A stretch of DNA of 64,000 bases from Candidatus Latescibacterota bacterium (lineage in GTDB: Bacteria > Latescibacterota > UBA2968), in assembly GCA_965222605.1 (NCBI GenBank), contig OZ244960.1, positions 4,128,001-4,192,000 of the forward strand. Reading direction: 5' to 3'. Below the pieces are notes generated by a model. That model was given only the letters and a program-made list of their open reading frames with translations. It had not been told where the DNA came from and ran no database searches. The position numbers and the translations under genes were made by a program. Shown in pieces: positions 50,055 to 60,800 of this stretch (position 1 is its first letter; each line of letters opens with the position of its first letter).

Positions 50055-50717
50055 TCAGACCACCCGTCCATCTACGAGTTTCATCTGCCGACCTGCTCGA
50101 TTTGCCAGATCCCGGTTGTGCGTGGATAGCACGATCGTCAATCCCTCGGTCTGGTTCATATCCCGCAACAATGTCAAAATCTCATTCCCTCGTTTTGAAT
50201 CCAGGTTGCCAGTCGGTTCATCTGCCAGCAAAATTTTCGGGTCGTTCACGAGTGCCCGAGCAATAGCCACCCGTTGCTGCTCGCCACCCGATAGTTCGCG
50301 GGGCAGGTGATCTGAGCGGTTTTGCAAACCCACGCGTGTCAGCAAATTTCTTACCCGGTCGCGTTGGTGCAGTGCGCGGGAAAAGAGGAGGGGGAGTGCT
50401 ACATTTTCTTCAGCCGTCAATGTGGGCACCAGGCAATAATCCTGAAATACGAATCCCACATATTGCCGACGAATGGTTTCCAGGTCTCTGTCGTGCAAAG
50501 TGCTCACATCTCGATCCAGCAATTTCAAAAGGCCCGATGTGGGCCGGTCCAGACAACCCAGAAGGTTCAAAAGCGTTGTCTTTCCCGCGCCCGATGCGCC
50601 AGTGATCGCCACAAATTCGCCCGGTTCTACGACCAGATCTACGTCGAATATCGCCGCGATTTCCTCGATAGAACGGCGATATATGCGGGTGAGTCCCTGT
50701 GCAAAAATAGCCGCCAT
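50055..50717 (-). CDS. ABC transporter ATP-binding protein (LolD/MacB type)
   Basis: GASGAGKT, LSGGEQQR, LADEPTGNLD. Confidence 0.93.
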   Translation of the reverse strand: MAAIFAQGLTRIYRRSIEEIAAIFDVDLVVEPGEFVAITGASGAGKTTLLNLLGCLDRPTSGLLKLLDRDVSTLHDRDLETIRRQYVGFVFQDYCLVPTLTAEENVALPLLFSRALHQRDRVRNLLTRVGLQNRSDHLPRELSGGEQQRVAIARALVNDPKILLADEPTGNLDSKRGNEILTLLRDMNQTEGLTIVLSTHNRDLANRAGRQMKLVDGRVV

Positions 50718-50719
50718 CG

Positions 50720-51889
50720 TCAGCGCATCCACGCAATGGGATGCAGGCGGGAAGCCCGCCATCCCGGTATGGCTCCAGCCAGTATGCCCATGCCCAATGC
50801 CATCACAAGCCCGCCGATTAGCAGGATTCCATCAATTTGTACCAGTATCCCCGCAGGTGCAAATGGGAGAATTGCACGCACGGCTTCGGAAGCCAGTTGG
50901 CTGCCCAGAATCGCGATTCCGCCACCTGCGATGCCACCGAGAGCGCAGATCATCAGCGCCTCTGCACAGATCAATGCAAATATATCCCACTGAGATGCCC
51001 CGACTGCCCGCATCACGCCGATCTCTCGCGTGCGCTCAAAGACCGCAATCAGCATCGTATTCATCACGCCGAGTACTGCTATGGCCACGGCTACAATCGC
51101 GACTGTTCCGATGAAAAATCGCGCCGTGCCCAGGAGGTCGAGAAGGGTTCGCTGTACCTGCGCCATGGTAATAACCTGCACCGAGGGCATTTCGAATACC
51201 CGTTCTGAAAATCCGTCTATTCTGGACAGGTCTTTTAATTTTACGCCGATGCCCGTCAGTTTTTCTTTTTTATCGAACAGGCGCTGTGCAACGCCAAGCG
51301 GGACAAAAATGGTGCCGTCATCTTGCGTTCCGCTGCGGTCAAAAACCCCGCGCACTCGGAACGTTTGTCCCAGTCCCTTGAGCGGAAAATCATCCCCGAT
51401 ATTTTTTCGATAATACGCCGCTACGCCGTATCCCAAAATCACCTCATCGGTTGTCCCATCTTTGAACCATCCGCCCCGCTGGAAGGTCAACCAGGGCTTC
51501 ATCTCCAGAAAGCTGGCCTCTATTCCCATCATCAGAGAAAATCCTTCTCGATCTCCAGAAAGCGTTCCCAAAAACAACCGCGTCGCTGTCGCCACATCGG
51601 TATCTCGAAGAATCTCCCGGTGGATGGCTTCATCCATGTACATTGGAATTACCCCGCCTTGCATCAACAGGGTAGCCGCTTCATAGGGGCATCCTTTCGA
51701 GGTGACCAGTACGTGATAACCCAGGCGGTCAATGCTGCGGATCAGGGATGTGCGGTATCCGTTTCCCAGGCCCAGCAGGCTGACCAGCATACACACGGAT
51801 AGGGCCACCCCGCTTACTGTTAGCGCGCTTCGCGTGCGGTGCCGGCGCAGTTCTTTCAGGGCGACATTTATAAATTGAAAAAGGACCAA
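50720..51889 (-). CDS. MacB/FtsX-family ABC permease
   Basis: RSALTVSGV, periplasmic domain, ERTREIGVMRAVGA. Confidence 0.92.
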   Translation of the reverse strand: MVLFQFINVALKELRRHRTRSALTVSGVALSVCMLVSLLGLGNGYRTSLIRSIDRLGYHVLVTSKGCPYEAATLLMQGGVIPMYMDEAIHREILRDTDVATATRLFLGTLSGDREGFSLMMGIEASFLEMKPWLTFQRGGWFKDGTTDEVILGYGVAAYYRKNIGDDFPLKGLGQTFRVRGVFDRSGTQDDGTIFVPLGVAQRLFDKKEKLTGIGVKLKDLSRIDGFSERVFEMPSVQVITMAQVQRTLLDLLGTARFFIGTVAIVAVAIAVLGVMNTMLIAVFERTREIGVMRAVGASQWDIFALICAEALMICALGGIAGGGIAILGSQLASEAVRAILPFAPAGILVQIDGILLIGGLVMALGMGILAGAIPGWRASRLHPIAWMR

Positions 51890-52263
51890 ACCTTTGCCCT
51901 CTTGCGATGGATTTCCACGCCTTTTCCCATCAGGCGCAGATCGTCTCCGATGCGTTTTACGACCCCCACTACGCGCAGGGAATCGCCAGAAATATTGCGG
52001 GGAACGGCAATGGTTCTCCCTTGCTCCAGGTCAATCAGTATATGCCGCGTGCTGTCTTGTAGTACAAACCAGCATCCCATGTGCTGGCACACCTGTCCCA
52101 CGCGGCCTGATAGCACCACTCGCTGTTCCAAAAATGCCGCTGGCCGATCCAGTACTTCTTCAATTCGGACCGCGCGATTTGCAGGTACGACTTCGCCCAT
52201 TTGCTGCACTTTTCCAGAATCGCATCCGATCATCAGGACCAGTACTATGAGATACAGCCGCAT
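51868..52263 (-). CDS. Small lipoprotein, OB-fold/DUF4920-like
   Basis: Lipobox MIGC and GRVGQVCQHMGCW motif. Confidence 0.7.
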   Translation of the reverse strand: MRLYLIVLVLMIGCDSGKVQQMGEVVPANRAVRIEEVLDRPAAFLEQRVVLSGRVGQVCQHMGCWFVLQDSTRHILIDLEQGRTIAVPRNISGDSLRVVGVVKRIGDDLRLMGKGVEIHRKRAKVWSFFNL

Positions 52264-52365
52264 CTATATATCCTCAGTTTTTGCGTGACGCCTGCCATAA
52301 GAGATGATATTTTGTTTGTGGGATAAAATCAAGGGATTCTCCTATCCGCCTTTTCTGCCGGGAAT

Positions 52366-54204
52366 ATGCCCATGAAAAAAATGATACGGATCATCCTCGT
52401 CGGTGTCTGCCTGGCGTGCAAGCCCTCTCAACCCGATGTATCTAAGCAATTCGTCGGCATAGAACGCTGCGTGAGTTGCCACATGGAGGCGTATCAAAAA
52501 TGGCAGCGCACGACCCATGCGACTTCCATGCAAAAAGCGACCCCACAGACTGTTAAGGGTGATTTTACAAAAAATAACGCCTATACTTTCGGCGGTACCA
52601 CCTCTACCATGGGTCTTCAAAATGGTCGCTATTTCATTACTACGCCGGGGTCTGACGGATCGCAAAGCACCCACGAAGTCCTCTACACGATTGGCGACCG
52701 GGATACGCAGTGGTACATAACCGAGCTTCCCGGAGGCCATCTGCAGATTCTTCCGGTTTATTTTGATATTCGCAGAAATACCTGGTACAATCCCGTTGAA
52801 GGCATTATCGCCTCGCCATCCGAACAGCCTTTAGAGCCTGACGATGTCTCGTTCTGGATGCACTTTGGGCGCAACTGGAGCGCGCAGTGTTTTGACTGCC
52901 ACGCCAGCCAGATTGAGGTCAATTACGACCCGGACGCCAGCACTTACGATTCCCGGTGGGTAGATCTGAGCATCAACTGCGAAACCTGCCACGGACCGGG
53001 AGAGGGCCATGTCGCGTTTTGGGGAGTAGCTCTGACAGATGCCGACGCCGCGAGCATGCAGGATACTTCGCTGGTGAATTTGAGAACGCTCTCTGCAGAA
53101 CAATCCGTAGAACTTTGCGCGCAGTGCCACGCGACCAAGCGCGTTTTGAAACTGGGCTATCGGCCCGGCGACAATTTTTACGATTTTTACGAACCCATTG
53201 TTCTGGATTTTGAAGGCATGTGGCCCGATGGTCGCTACCGGCATCTCACCTATAATTATACCGCTCTTACCCTCAGTCCCTGTTATACCGAGGGCGGGCT
53301 GACGTGTTTGACCTGTCACCCGTCCCATGGCCCGGAGGGGAAAAAAAAGACGAGGGCCGATTTCGACGGTATATGCATGCAGTGTCACCGGGATATACAG
53401 CCTCGAGAACACAGCCGCCACGAGCAGCATATCGCCTGTGTGGATTGCCATATGCCCCCCATTCCCGAAGTGCATAGGGTGCGCGTGTTTGACCATCGCA
53501 TCGCGCCCCCTGTTGCGGCGAATACGGTGCGCTTTGGCATCCCCAACGCCTGCAACGAATGTCACGGAGATCGCACGCCTGAATGGGCTTTGGAAAAAAC
53601 AGAGGCCTGGTGGGGAAAACAGGATGTTTATCTTTTGCAAACGGCCGCTATTGCACTGGGGCGACGGGGCAACCCGATGGCTGTATCGCCCCTGAAAGAC
53701 GAACTGCTCGATCAGTCCAACAATCCCACGCGACGGGCCTCCGCAGCTCTGCTTTTGGGGCGCACCCGTTCCGCGCAGGCTGTGCCCATTCTTCTCAGTG
53801 TCTTAAAAGACCCACATCCCCTCGTGCGGGCAAAGGCGGTAGAAGGTCTGGGCATGATCGGTCAAGCGAGGGTTGTGCCCGCGCTGGTTTCATTGTTAAA
53901 CGATCCGATTCGAATTGTGCGGTTTGCTCTCGTGCCGGCTATCGAAAATCTGGGCACACACCATCTCAAGGGCCAGGACTACGAGCGCTATGAAGCTGTT
54001 TTCGTCGAATACGAACAAGCGAGCAAAGAGGTCTGGGCGACCGACCCCTATGTGCATGCGTTTCTCGGATGGTGTTATATGAGGCGGGGAAATACTGAGT
54101 TGGCCCGTCGCGCTTTCCAGCGGGCACTGCGGATTTGGCCCGGTATTGAGGATGCGGTTAGAGGGCTGGCGCAGATACATAACCCAGAAAAAAATGACCG
54201 ATGA
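52366..54204 (+). CDS. Multiheme cytochrome c (8 CxxCH) with HEAT repeats and a terminal TPR
   Basis: CVSCH, CFDCH, CETCH, CAQCH, CLTCH, CMQCH, CVDCH, CNECH. Lipobox-like CLAC. Confidence 0.92.
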   Translation: MPMKKMIRIILVGVCLACKPSQPDVSKQFVGIERCVSCHMEAYQKWQRTTHATSMQKATPQTVKGDFTKNNAYTFGGTTSTMGLQNGRYFITTPGSDGSQSTHEVLYTIGDRDTQWYITELPGGHLQILPVYFDIRRNTWYNPVEGIIASPSEQPLEPDDVSFWMHFGRNWSAQCFDCHASQIEVNYDPDASTYDSRWVDLSINCETCHGPGEGHVAFWGVALTDADAASMQDTSLVNLRTLSAEQSVELCAQCHATKRVLKLGYRPGDNFYDFYEPIVLDFEGMWPDGRYRHLTYNYTALTLSPCYTEGGLTCLTCHPSHGPEGKKKTRADFDGICMQCHRDIQPREHSRHEQHIACVDCHMPPIPEVHRVRVFDHRIAPPVAANTVRFGIPNACNECHGDRTPEWALEKTEAWWGKQDVYLLQTAAIALGRRGNPMAVSPLKDELLDQSNNPTRRASAALLLGRTRSAQAVPILLSVLKDPHPLVRAKAVEGLGMIGQARVVPALVSLLNDPIRIVRFALVPAIENLGTHHLKGQDYERYEAVFVEYEQASKEVWATDPYVHAFLGWCYMRRGNTELARRAFQRALRIWPGIEDAVRGLAQIHNPEKNDR

Positions 54205-54231
54205 GTACAGGACTCACCGGTCGTTTTTTTT
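54188..54231. terminator. Bidirectional intrinsic terminator
   Basis: A7-T-GACCGATGAGT-loop-ACTCACCGGTC-G-T8 between convergent genes. Confidence 0.8.
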
Positions 54232-54247
54232 CGATTTGGAGCGCCTT

Positions 54248-55270
54248 TTAGAACGATCCGGTTATCGATACGCGCAGGGGCGCATCAAATAATTGCCCGA
54301 AGTCCATATATGCAAAATCGACACCGATCTTCCGCCCCACGCCCAAATCCTTTTGGACGCCGCCACCCAGCGTCCAGCTACCCAGGTCGTACCGCCCCCG
54401 GTAACCGGCCCGCAGTGCCAGCGTGTTGGCCACCCACAATTCGCCGCCCACATGCCAGCGCTCGCGGTCGTCAATGTGATGCACCAACTCGGCCGCCACC
54501 GTCAGATACGTGGGGTCTCCCTTGCGTCCATAAGGCTCCATCGCCAAAGCGATGGTGTAGATCAAAGGCTGGGCAATCGACGTGCCCTGCGGTATGGAAC
54601 CGGGAATCACCAGTTCCTGGTCTTTGCCGAAGTTGCGAAGCGTCATAGCCAGGCGCGAACTGCCAAATCCGGTATAAAAAATACTGGAAAAGTCGAATGA
54701 GGCACTGTTGATCTTGTCCTGATCCAGCGTCTCTTGAATCCACTTTATAGACGCACCCAGCGACAACTTGTCCGTCATCTTGTAGGCATAACCGAAGTTT
54801 ATGAAAATATCGCCGGCCGATATATCCCGCGTGAAACGCCCTTGCGGATCCAGAGGCGTAGTCTCGCGGGAGGTGCCCGCGTCAAACTGAACGACCGACA
54901 GCCCAAAGGTCTGCTGACCGTATCGCCAGGCCACCGCACCGTTGAAAAATTTCGAACCTACCATCCAGCGCGTATATCCCAGGGCATATTCGAACCGCTC
55001 GATGTGGGTCAATGCCGCCGTGTTCCAGAACATCGCATTGATGTCGTCGGCTGCGGCTGTAAACGCATCGCCCATTGCAGCCGCCCGTGCGCTCTGCCCC
55101 ACCTTCAACGCGTGGAACGAAGCCCGCCCGGTTCCGTGGAACTCTTTTGTCCGATGCTGACCCGCGCGCACGCCGGACGGCAACTGGTATTGCTGTGCCC
55201 AGGCCTCTGAACCCATAAGTCCGACGGCCAGGAGCATCATATAAATTGCAGTTAATCGTTTCACTTCCAC
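54248..55270 (-). CDS. PorV/PorQ-family outer-membrane beta-barrel protein
   Basis: LKVGQSARAAAMGDAFTA...MFWNTA, LALRAGY, terminal Phe. Confidence 0.85.
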   Translation of the reverse strand: MEVKRLTAIYMMLLAVGLMGSEAWAQQYQLPSGVRAGQHRTKEFHGTGRASFHALKVGQSARAAAMGDAFTAAADDINAMFWNTAALTHIERFEYALGYTRWMVGSKFFNGAVAWRYGQQTFGLSVVQFDAGTSRETTPLDPQGRFTRDISAGDIFINFGYAYKMTDKLSLGASIKWIQETLDQDKINSASFDFSSIFYTGFGSSRLAMTLRNFGKDQELVIPGSIPQGTSIAQPLIYTIALAMEPYGRKGDPTYLTVAAELVHHIDDRERWHVGGELWVANTLALRAGYRGRYDLGSWTLGGGVQKDLGVGRKIGVDFAYMDFGQLFDAPLRVSITGSF

Positions 55271-55322
55271 TCTCCTTTGTTTGCAGAGGGACGGAACAGA
55301 GTGACCGCCCCTCCCGTCGGTC

Positions 55323-57821
55323 TTACTGGATAATCAGAAAACTGCCCGTCTGAACCTTGCCTTCTTGCCCTGGCACCAGCGACTCTACGGCGAAGAAATA
55401 AATTCCCGGAGACGCGTACGACGTGCCAGAACGTGATCGTTGAGACCAACTCACTTCTGCCGTGTGCTGATCTCCGCGCGTCCCATCGTGTACTATTTCC
55501 ATGACCAGGTCTCCCGCAGCCGTGAAAATCGAAATTCGAGCCAGACGCGGCAGGTTGGTAAACCGCATGCGCTTGTTGTTGTCGCCCTGCGCCCCAAAGG
55601 AATGCAACCCGTCGTCCTTCCAGGGATTTGGCACCACAAACACTTTCTCGTCTAAGGCGTCGAACCCATCTGAGGCTGCCACAACAGGTGTAAACTGACC
55701 GCCGCTTGTATTGTGCCGCGCAGCCGTCACAATATGGCTCGACTCGGTTCCCTCGCGGATGTGGTTTTGAACTATGGCAGGCAGATCTGCAAGTGTTGTC
55801 GGGACGGGCATTTGCGCGCCTGAAATCGCGTTTTTCTGCGCATTCGTGTTCTCCCAATTCGCGTGCCCGTTGGCATAGGTCACGATATTGTACCGATACC
55901 CGAATCCCGTAATTGAGTTCTCATCGGCAAAAGTATAAATCCCGGTCGAGGCATCGTAATAGCTTGGGTTTTTTGCCTGAATTGTGGCGATCAGATTCCA
56001 CGGACCCAGAGGCGCGCCAGCATGCTGCACTGGATCGGTCTGGATCAGCGCCGTGTTCCCGTAAACCTTGTAACCGGCCACATCCTGCGCCTCTCCGCCC
56101 GAATAATCTGGATGCACCGCATCGTCGGCACCGTCGCTCCAGGACAACTCCACGTTGCCATTTGCATTGCTGCGAAGCAAAACAGAACGGTCGGTTTCGG
56201 CACGCGCAATCGATTCCACATCTGGCGGTTGATTGGGCAGGTCAAATCCCATCGCGTACAATTGACGTGCGCGGTCGATGTGATTGAACAAAATATCCTC
56301 ACCGCCGGGCACCTGCGACTGCGCGCCTGGCGTCATTGCCCACAGGCGAAAGTCCATCGGCTCACCGCCCGCACCCGCATTCTCGGCTGCCATACCCGCG
56401 GCAAAAACTATCACGATTTTTGCCTTGTCGCCCGGTGTCAACTTCCAGGGACCGAACATCTGCGAGTGCAATTGCTCCTGCAACTCTCGCTCACCGGGGC
56501 TTGGGCCACCCTCAATCGGGTTGTCGTCATAGGGCTTGCCCGGGGTGATAAATTTCTTCCATATCTCTTCAACCGTATCAATTGATACGTGTGGCTCAAA
56601 CTCGATGTTCGTGCGGCTTCGGCGCTTCCACCAGTGTGCGTACGCAGGCTGACTGATGGGAATATCCTCGCCTCCCATCGCCGTGCCCGTAATTGACACA
56701 TAGACGTCTGGATCGTTGATAAAGGGTGGTGTCACATCCACAGGTCCCCAGCCTATGTATTGCGGCGAGTACAATTCTTGCTCTGCCCGATGCCCGATCA
56801 CGCCAATGGCTTCTGCGCCGAACCGGGGTTCGCCCATGTCGTTATTTGAACTGGTGGGCGCATCGCCATCGAACTGATACGATATCTTTTTGCCCTGATA
56901 CTTCCCACCGTAATTGGCGGCCTCGGTAAACTGATACCGGTCGTCTTCCAGCCGCCGTCCCGGTTCGGAAAACCAGTAGCCGTTCCACTTGCGATAGGAG
57001 TGCCCGGGTTTGTTCACGCTGAAATAGTTCAAATACCCCATATACACTTCTTCATAGGACCGGTTTGAGGTATTCTCTATGACCAGTTCTACGAAAAAGA
57101 AATCGTCGAAATCCGGGTGGCTCCATCCATACGCAGACCGCGTAATTGTCATCCCCGTCCCGTCTGGCTCGATATTCGTGTTGCTGCGCCATTTCGTAAT
57201 CACAGTTTCTTCTGGAAAGTGATCGAACCTGGGCAGCGTATATGACCCGTTCTCGCGGTAATTATCCACTTCTACAGGCTCTTCGGAAATTGGCTTGGGC
57301 TGCTCGGTGATCCCGCCGCGGTCCGTGTTGAACCACACGTTGGCGTCCTGGGTATCATACCCCAGTCGGGCGGCCACGATCGGCGGGTCTTGCCCGTTCC
57401 GCAAGCGCAAATTGCCCGATCCAGGCGTCAAATCTGGCACCACCTGCTCCACATCTCCGGTGTTGGACACCGGTCCCGAGGATGTGACATAGGTATTTCC
57501 ACTCGCATCCCGCGCGAGTATCCACACCCCCTGGCCCTTCGAGTTGTCGTAGTCCTGGTCTCGACCGCCGAAACTGCCCGATGTCGAAGACCCCGTATAA
57601 ATATACGGATATGTCATCGAACCGTTTTCTCGCGCCACATACCCTTGCGACCCCAGGGCAAATGTTCCGCCCTGCTGTCCTGTGTTGCGAAACGATTCCG
57701 ACAGTTTCGACCGGTCGACCTGCTTCATCGGCACTGGCTCGTCCACCGCCTGAACCCCTGCTGAAAACAGTCCAGTCAGGAAAATGCCAGCAAGCGCCTT
57801 GCCAACTATTTGTCTAAACAT
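55323..57821 (-). CDS. Exported protein with T9SS C-terminal-sorting-like domain
   Basis: Signal peptide and C-terminal VFVVPNP...FTNLP...ISIFTAAGDLV...W...SPGIYFF. Confidence 0.75.
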   Translation of the reverse strand: MFRQIVGKALAGIFLTGLFSAGVQAVDEPVPMKQVDRSKLSESFRNTGQQGGTFALGSQGYVARENGSMTYPYIYTGSSTSGSFGGRDQDYDNSKGQGVWILARDASGNTYVTSSGPVSNTGDVEQVVPDLTPGSGNLRLRNGQDPPIVAARLGYDTQDANVWFNTDRGGITEQPKPISEEPVEVDNYRENGSYTLPRFDHFPEETVITKWRSNTNIEPDGTGMTITRSAYGWSHPDFDDFFFVELVIENTSNRSYEEVYMGYLNYFSVNKPGHSYRKWNGYWFSEPGRRLEDDRYQFTEAANYGGKYQGKKISYQFDGDAPTSSNNDMGEPRFGAEAIGVIGHRAEQELYSPQYIGWGPVDVTPPFINDPDVYVSITGTAMGGEDIPISQPAYAHWWKRRSRTNIEFEPHVSIDTVEEIWKKFITPGKPYDDNPIEGGPSPGERELQEQLHSQMFGPWKLTPGDKAKIVIVFAAGMAAENAGAGGEPMDFRLWAMTPGAQSQVPGGEDILFNHIDRARQLYAMGFDLPNQPPDVESIARAETDRSVLLRSNANGNVELSWSDGADDAVHPDYSGGEAQDVAGYKVYGNTALIQTDPVQHAGAPLGPWNLIATIQAKNPSYYDASTGIYTFADENSITGFGYRYNIVTYANGHANWENTNAQKNAISGAQMPVPTTLADLPAIVQNHIREGTESSHIVTAARHNTSGGQFTPVVAASDGFDALDEKVFVVPNPWKDDGLHSFGAQGDNNKRMRFTNLPRLARISIFTAAGDLVMEIVHDGTRGDQHTAEVSWSQRSRSGTSYASPGIYFFAVESLVPGQEGKVQTGSFLIIQ

Positions 57822-57849
57822 AAATTCACTCCTTACTTATGAGGCGCCA

Positions 57850-57881
57850 GGGCCAGAGCACCTGTTCTGATGCTCTGGCCC
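57850..57881. other. Intergenic 11-bp perfect hairpin (possible mRNA stabiliser or partial terminator)
   Basis: GGGCCAGAGCA-N10-TGCTCTGGCCC just downstream of the TonB receptor stop, with no U-tract. Confidence 0.6.
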
Positions 57882-57887
57882 ACCGGT

Positions 57888-60800
57888 TTACATGCTCGTG
57901 CGCACGCCGAAATAGATCTCCCGGGTGCGATTCGTATAGCTGTTCCACTGATCCCATATCTGGTTGTTATCCCGCACCACCACTGGTGTGGGCTGGTTCT
58001 CGGCCAGACCGTACTTCGGTATGTCGTGGAAGAAATTCCACCTGCGGATCGAACGCGGCTTTTTGGCGTTGAACAAATTGGTCGCCTCAAAGAACAGGGT
58101 CGGGCGCAACTTCCCAATTCGGAAGCTCTTTTGAATGCCAAAGTCCGTGCGGAATGCGGTTGGATTGGTAAACAACAACTGGTTCTTGATCAACTTGTTG
58201 GCAGTCGCAGGAGACGGCGTGGGCTGGCTATAGCGGAAGAACGTGCCTGGCTCGATTCGCAGCACCAGGTTCACGTTCAGATCGCTCAGCACCTTGCTTC
58301 CGCCCACCTCTGGACCATATCCTTCGGGCGTGGCAAACAAAAATGTGATACTTCCATCGCCTGTGGCATCGCGCATGTTGGCTGGACCGCGCACGCCTCC
58401 TATCGTGGCTATAGTAGCCGCAATATTCCGCTCGTTGGTCCAGGGGAATCCAACCTGTGCATCCGGCACCTGATTGGCGAATTTTTCGGTAATCCACAAT
58501 TCCCGGTTGGCGTCAACTTGCTGCTGCACCAGCTGGTTGGCAAACATGCCAATAGCATCGACTTCGGCACTCGACAGGGGTTGCCAGACGCGCTCACCCG
58601 TGGTTTGGTCAATTTCAAACTTGAAGCGATACGCGTCTTTGGCCAAAAAGTCCGAATCCACGTACCAGCGCGACACCCACTCTCGACCGCCGTAGAAGTT
58701 GTTCTGCTCCCAGTACCAGCTCCACGTCGCGCGGAATGAGAAGAAATTGGAGAACCGCTTGCTCACAGCCAATTCCAGGCCGCGCGTTTCACCACTGTAC
58801 GCGTTCTGATACCAGTGCGCGCGCTTGATCTGCTTCTCTACCGGATCGTGCAAAAACGTGTTGTTCTGCTGGAGATAATCTTCTGTGCGGCGGTAGAACA
58901 TCGTCGCGTTGGCCGTGTAGTCCGAAACAAAGTTCCAGTCCACTCCCACTTCGTAGTTCACGGTACTGCCCGGACGCGAATTGGTCGATCCGCGCTTGGT
59001 CGAGCCCATTTCCAGACCGCCGTAATACTCATAAGAACTGTATCTGTCGTCAGCGTTCAGGTCTTGGGCTATGCTCCGGCCCGAAGCCACCTGCCAGGTC
59101 TGCCCATACATCGCATAGAAAATCGGGAGGACGAAGAACCGCCCATAGGAGAAGTGAATCGCAGACCGCGCGGTAATCGGGTGAGACACCCCAAAGCGCG
59201 GCGACAGCTTGAACATATTTAGACCATCATAAGTCGGGAATGACTGTGGATTGTTGGGATAGGGCGTCTGACCCTGCCGCGTCAATGCCGCATCTGCATC
59301 GGAAAACCAGCGGTTTTGGGGCAGCACCGACCACACGGGTTCGGGACGCGTCTGACCGCCGTGGTCAAACGCATCCAGACGCACGCCCACGTTCACCACC
59401 ATCCCCTCAAACTCCATTTTGTCTTGTGCATACGCTGCAAGCTGGAATGCCTTTCTGGGATGATCCCGATAGCTGTTCCATGCCGGGTCGTCGAGACTGC
59501 TTGCCCGACTTAAATCGGGCAATTTAACGCCGTTCACAGTCGTGGCGGGCACGAAGTCCATCTGGCCATCTGCACCCAGGCGGTTCTGAGCCGATGCATA
59601 GTAGTCGTACATCGACCATAGCCGATAACTGCCCGGGTTCCCACGACTCTGTAACTCCCACTGGTAGGTCTGGAACCACGTTGCTCCGGCTCCCGCCTTA
59701 AAGAAATTCCCCTTTGTAACCTGACTGGAGAAATCGAATTTCAAATTGTGGCGCGTCTGACGATTCAATCGGAAGTCCCGAACCGTACGCGGTGCTGCCG
59801 TAAACCACTTGTCGGAGTCTCGAACCACATTGAACGTTTCTATAGGAATCTCTGATGAGTCCTGCTCGCTGTCTGAACGCGAGATACGCAACTCGTACAG
59901 GGTGCGCGAAGACAGGGAGTGCGTCAAATACGCATACAACATCGAGTTCCATTCGATCTCTTTGCCCGCACCGTCTATGCCTGCGGGCAAATACAGGTCT
60001 CGACCGGCTGATAATGCCGACTCTCGCGTATTGCGGAAATTCTGGTTCGTTCCATACACACCACCCACCTTCAGATTGATATTGGGCTTCACGCCAAATG
60101 TCAGTTTGCCCGTCACCTGATAATTGGGCAGGCCCTGAAGTGCGGGGTCGGGACGCTGCACGGGTTGTCGATTTGTCTGCGCGCTCACGTGGAACGAGGT
60201 CTTGTTCCCAATCGGACCCGAAAGGGATCCTTCGAGGCGATGCCCCGATATATCTGTGTAATCGTCCGGCTGGATATGCACCAGACGACCAGAATCATCC
60301 GCTGTGCCGGGCAATCCATCGGCACCAATATTTTCCATTTCCTGCAACCAGTTTGGGTCATCCAGGCGGATGCGGCTCCTGCCCGTGCCCTGGTTCAGGT
60401 GAATGATTGGATCATAAGCATTAAAGCCGTAATGCCGCTTTCCGGCAACCGTGTATCGATACTCGAAGAATCCGTGGTAGTCCCGGCCGCCCTCTCGCGT
60501 TACGATATTGATGATCCCGGCGTCCATGTTTCCGTATTCGGCTTCTGGCACACCGGTTACTACTGAAATTTCCTGGATCGATGCGCGGTTCACACCCGTG
60601 AACAGATTTGCCGCGCGGCGGTCATTATTCACCATCCGCACACCATCTACGGTATAGGTGAGTGAAATCGGCTTTGGCGTTGTCGTGTACCAGCCCGCAC
60701 GGCGTTCGCCTTCGTCCATTTGGAAGTTGCCCTGCCGCACTGACCGGCCGTCTTTCTGCACGCCCGGCAGCAAGCCCGCCCACGCTTGAGCATCTTTGAC

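Noticed and set aside
57870-58739. Long antisense ORFs (also 2539-3345, 45057-45878, 52831-53640)
   Set aside because: Shadow frames of well-supported genes in GC-rich DNA, with no motifs.
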